The notes beneath the pieces are model-generated. The model did no database searches, was not told the DNA's origin, and saw nothing but the letters and a program-made list of their open reading frames with translations. A stretch of 35,637 nt of DNA from a virus (taxonomy: Duplodnaviria; Caudoviricetes), in the IMG/VR virus record IMGVR_UViG_3300017707_000130, positions 1 to 35,637 of that record; one strand, written 5' to 3'. Below, piece after piece: positions 33,865 through 35,637 of the stretch (the first letter of the stretch is position 1; each line of letters begins with the position of its first letter). The position numbers and the translations under genes are program-made.

Positions 33865-34178
33865 ACCAATTCCGTCACAGAAAGTGTTACCGTAGTAACC
33901 GCAGCGTCCTTGATAACCGCGATCTTGTGGCCTGGGGTGACCCGAACAATTTCAGAAAAATTATTGGGGATCATGGCCGATGTCGTAAGGTTTGCAGTTG
34001 GGTTTGCACCAATCGCAATATGGCAATGGCCCGACGAACAAGCCAAGCGAATCATGGTGGTATTTGCGCCAAATGCGGTTGATTGAACGCTGGAGTTGGT
34101 GACGGTAAAAATCTGCGTGGTACCAAAGCTCGGTACACCCATCGCCACGTTGTTTGGATCGAGTTGAAAGGTAGACAT
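33861..34178 (-). CDS. Putative beta-rich virion protein
   Basis: 105 aa, Thr/Ser/Val-rich, GANPTA motif, located in the structural operon. Confidence 0.7.
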   Translation of the reverse strand: MSTFQLDPNNVAMGVPSFGTTQIFTVTNSSVQSTAFGANTTMIRLACSSGHCHIAIGANPTANLTTSAMIPNNFSEIVRVTPGHKIAVIKDAAVTTVTLSVTELV

Positions 34179-34312
34179 TATTTCTTTCCCCGAGTCATCT
34201 TGTTGGTCATCGTGCGCTGACCGCGAACGGGCAGCTTGGGCGCCATCGGCATACCGGCAGGCTTCTTAGTCGGGGCTTTGGGCTTGGACATTTTGGGTGC
34301 TTTTCCGTACAT
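34178..34312 (-). CDS. Small basic Lys/Pro/Met-rich protein (about 44 aa, MYGKAPKMSKPK...)
   Basis: Read manually; AAGGA RBS; TAATG coupling to the next gene. Confidence 0.6.
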   Translation of the reverse strand: MYGKAPKMSKPKAPTKKPAGMPMAPKLPVRGQRTMTNKMTRGKK

Positions 34313-34321
34313 GATTAGTCC

Positions 34322-34531
34322 TTAAAGGGTAAATTCTTTACGGGGCCGTCCGCGGGGACGAACGGGTTGTTGCGGTGCGGTAAACGGAGTGTCTACGCGC
34401 TGCTCATTTTGGGTGTCCGGTTGCGCTTCGTCAACACGGACGTAGCCGGAGTGCCCGCGCATGGAATCAATGTCGTGCTGGAGAGTGAACGTCACCGTAT
34501 TACCACTTTGGAGGCAGCGAAACGTAGCCAT
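34322..34531 (-). CDS. Hypothetical protein with C-terminal AT-hook-like motif
   Basis: 69 aa ending RPRGRPRK; AGGA RBS. Confidence 0.75.
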   Translation of the reverse strand: MATFRCLQSGNTVTFTLQHDIDSMRGHSGYVRVDEAQPDTQNEQRVDTPFTAPQQPVRPRGRPRKEFTL

Positions 34532-34542
34532 ATGAATCCTAG

Positions 34543-34568
34543 AAAAACAGGGGGCGCTAGGCCCCCTG
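34543..34568 (-). terminator. Rho-independent terminator after the decoration gene
   Basis: Minus strand CAGGGGGC-CTAGC-GCCCCCTG-TTTTT. Confidence 0.8.
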
Positions 34569-34572
34569 TGGT

Positions 34573-34899
34573 TTAGATCACAGCGCGAGCGATCACCAGT
34601 TGCACGGTGGTGGATGCCAAATTGACAGCGCCCCCGGTGGTGTTGGTGGTAGCAATCGTCACCGTGTTAGCGGCAGAGACGTAAGCGCGGCGCACGAGGC
34701 CAGCCTCGTCAACGCCAGCAGACATGCCGAGCACCATATCGCCCAGGGCAACGCCGGGGACGGTCACGGTGTCAGTAGCAGCGCCCTGGTCAGCCACAGA
34801 GGCCGAGTCCAGGGTACAAGAAACGTCCCAAGTGTCCGTAAACAGACCCCGGAACTGGTCATTCCCGCGACGGGAAACAACAGCGGTAGCAGCAGCCAT
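34573..34899 (-). CDS. Capsid decoration/cement protein
   Basis: 108 aa directly after the capsid gene; TVTVPGVALGD.V and AYVSAANTVT motifs; AAGGAG RBS. Confidence 0.72.
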   Translation of the reverse strand: MAAATAVVSRRGNDQFRGLFTDTWDVSCTLDSASVADQGAATDTVTVPGVALGDMVLGMSAGVDEAGLVRRAYVSAANTVTIATTNTTGGAVNLASTTVQLVIARAVI

Positions 34900-34911
34900 A
34901 TCAATCTCCTT

Positions 34912-34944
34912 AAAAAGACGCCCCCCAGCTTGTGGCTAGGGGGC
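34912..34944 (-). terminator. Hairpin / weak terminator after the capsid gene
   Basis: Minus strand CCCCCTAGC-CACAA-GCTGGGGG followed by GCGTCTTTT (offset U-tract). Confidence 0.55.
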
Positions 34945-34950
34945 TAGTCA

Positions 34951-35637
34951 TTAGGCCGGAACGGCCAGGGCGTAGGCGGCAGAGGCGTTGGAAGCCGAGC
35001 TGGAAGCCGAGGTACGCAGAGCCTTGACGCCGTAGATGGTGTCAGCGGTGAACAGCGTGCCCAGGTATTCCTGCTTGTACTGGGTCTGCGAGCGGATGCC
35101 CAGTTGCTCGATCAGCACCATAGCGTCGCGGTGGCCCATCAGGCAGATGCGGTCAGCGCCAGAGTTGCCAGCGCCGGTGTCGGCGTTGGTGGAGGCGAAG
35201 ACGGCCATGCCGTACAGTTGACCGATTTCGCCGTTGCGGATCGCATCGCCGTTGCCGATGAAGGCTTGTTCGGTGTAGCGAGCCAGACCCATCAGGGTGT
35301 TACGGCTAGACGGGGGGATCAGGAAGAAACGGCCGTCCATAGGAACGTCGTTGTCGTCCAGGCGCTGGATGGTGCGGCGGATAGCAGCATCAGTCAGAGC
35401 AGCAGCGTTAGAAGAGTTGCTGTTGTAGGCGGTGGTGCCGTCGGAGCCGATGAACGCCTTGGTGCTGTTAGCAGCGGTAGCGTAGTCGTCGGTGCCAACG
35501 GTAGCGCCGTTGAAAGCGCGGCCCAGTTGAACCAGATCGGTGTCGATACGACGAGCCAGAGCGTAACCAGCGTCTTCCGTGTAGAAAGAACGCAGCGAGG
35601 TCAGGGCCTGGACTTCGACGATGTCTTCGATCAGGCG
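34951..35637 (-). CDS. Major capsid protein, C-terminal part
   Basis: Frame is open from the right edge; LDDNDVP.DGR, GEIGQLYG..V, ADTIYGV motifs; TAA TGA double stop. Continuous with 1..411 through the terminal repeat. Confidence 0.92.
   Translation of the reverse strand, partial: RLIEDIVEVQALTSLRSFYTEDAGYALARRIDTDLVQLGRAFNGATVGTDDYATAANSTKAFIGSDGTTAYNSNSSNAAALTDAAIRRTIQRLDDNDVPMDGRFFLIPPSSRNTLMGLARYTEQAFIGNGDAIRNGEIGQLYGMAVFASTNADTGAGNSGADRICLMGHRDAMVLIEQLGIRSQTQYKQEYLGTLFTADTIYGVKALRTSASSSASNASAAYALAVPA
35515..35637. repeat. Terminal direct repeat, right copy
   Basis: Identical to 1-123. Confidence 0.97.

Noticed and set aside
34900-34953. Capsid-decoration read-through or frameshift fusion
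   Set aside because: Double stop TAA TGA, an intervening hairpin, and an independent AAGGAG RBS for the decoration gene.
35515-35637. End repeat as a biological T7-like direct terminal repeat
   Set aside because: It lies mid-capsid gene and has a k-mer-like length, so it is more likely an assembler overlap.

Overview
The window is a complete, circularly permuted genome of a tailed dsDNA phage. Bases 1-123 repeat exactly at 35515-35637, giving a 35,514-bp circle with the major capsid gene split across the join. The structural genes are podovirus/P22-like. A long minus-strand late arm runs terS, terL, portal, fibre genes, small membrane genes, scaffold, capsid, decoration protein, small basic proteins, adaptor, tail hub, needle, cupin, three ejection proteins, lysis genes, a HEXXH protein and a metallophosphoesterase. 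A short minus-strand unit encodes a Cro-like protein, a PAPS-reductase-family protein and a primase-helicase. A plus-strand early arm encodes an AAA ATPase, an SSB-like protein, a Cas4-like nuclease, a C5 methyltransferase, an SF2 helicase, a VRR-NUC nuclease, an Arc-like regulator and many microproteins. I see no integrase, CI repressor, DNA or RNA polymerase, tRNA or CRISPR array. The host is probably a proteobacterium (inference). The three most striking signals are: (1) a non-coding locus upstream of terS with about 9 phased DnaA boxes flanking a perfect IHF site, resembling oriC/datA/DARS architecture; (2) a separate nested-palindrome TGACCC iteron array at the 3' end of the primase-helicase gene; (3) a C5 methyltransferase whose motif IX sits on a second ORF overprinted along almost the whole gene. 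All family assignments come from reading motifs by eye; no database search was run.
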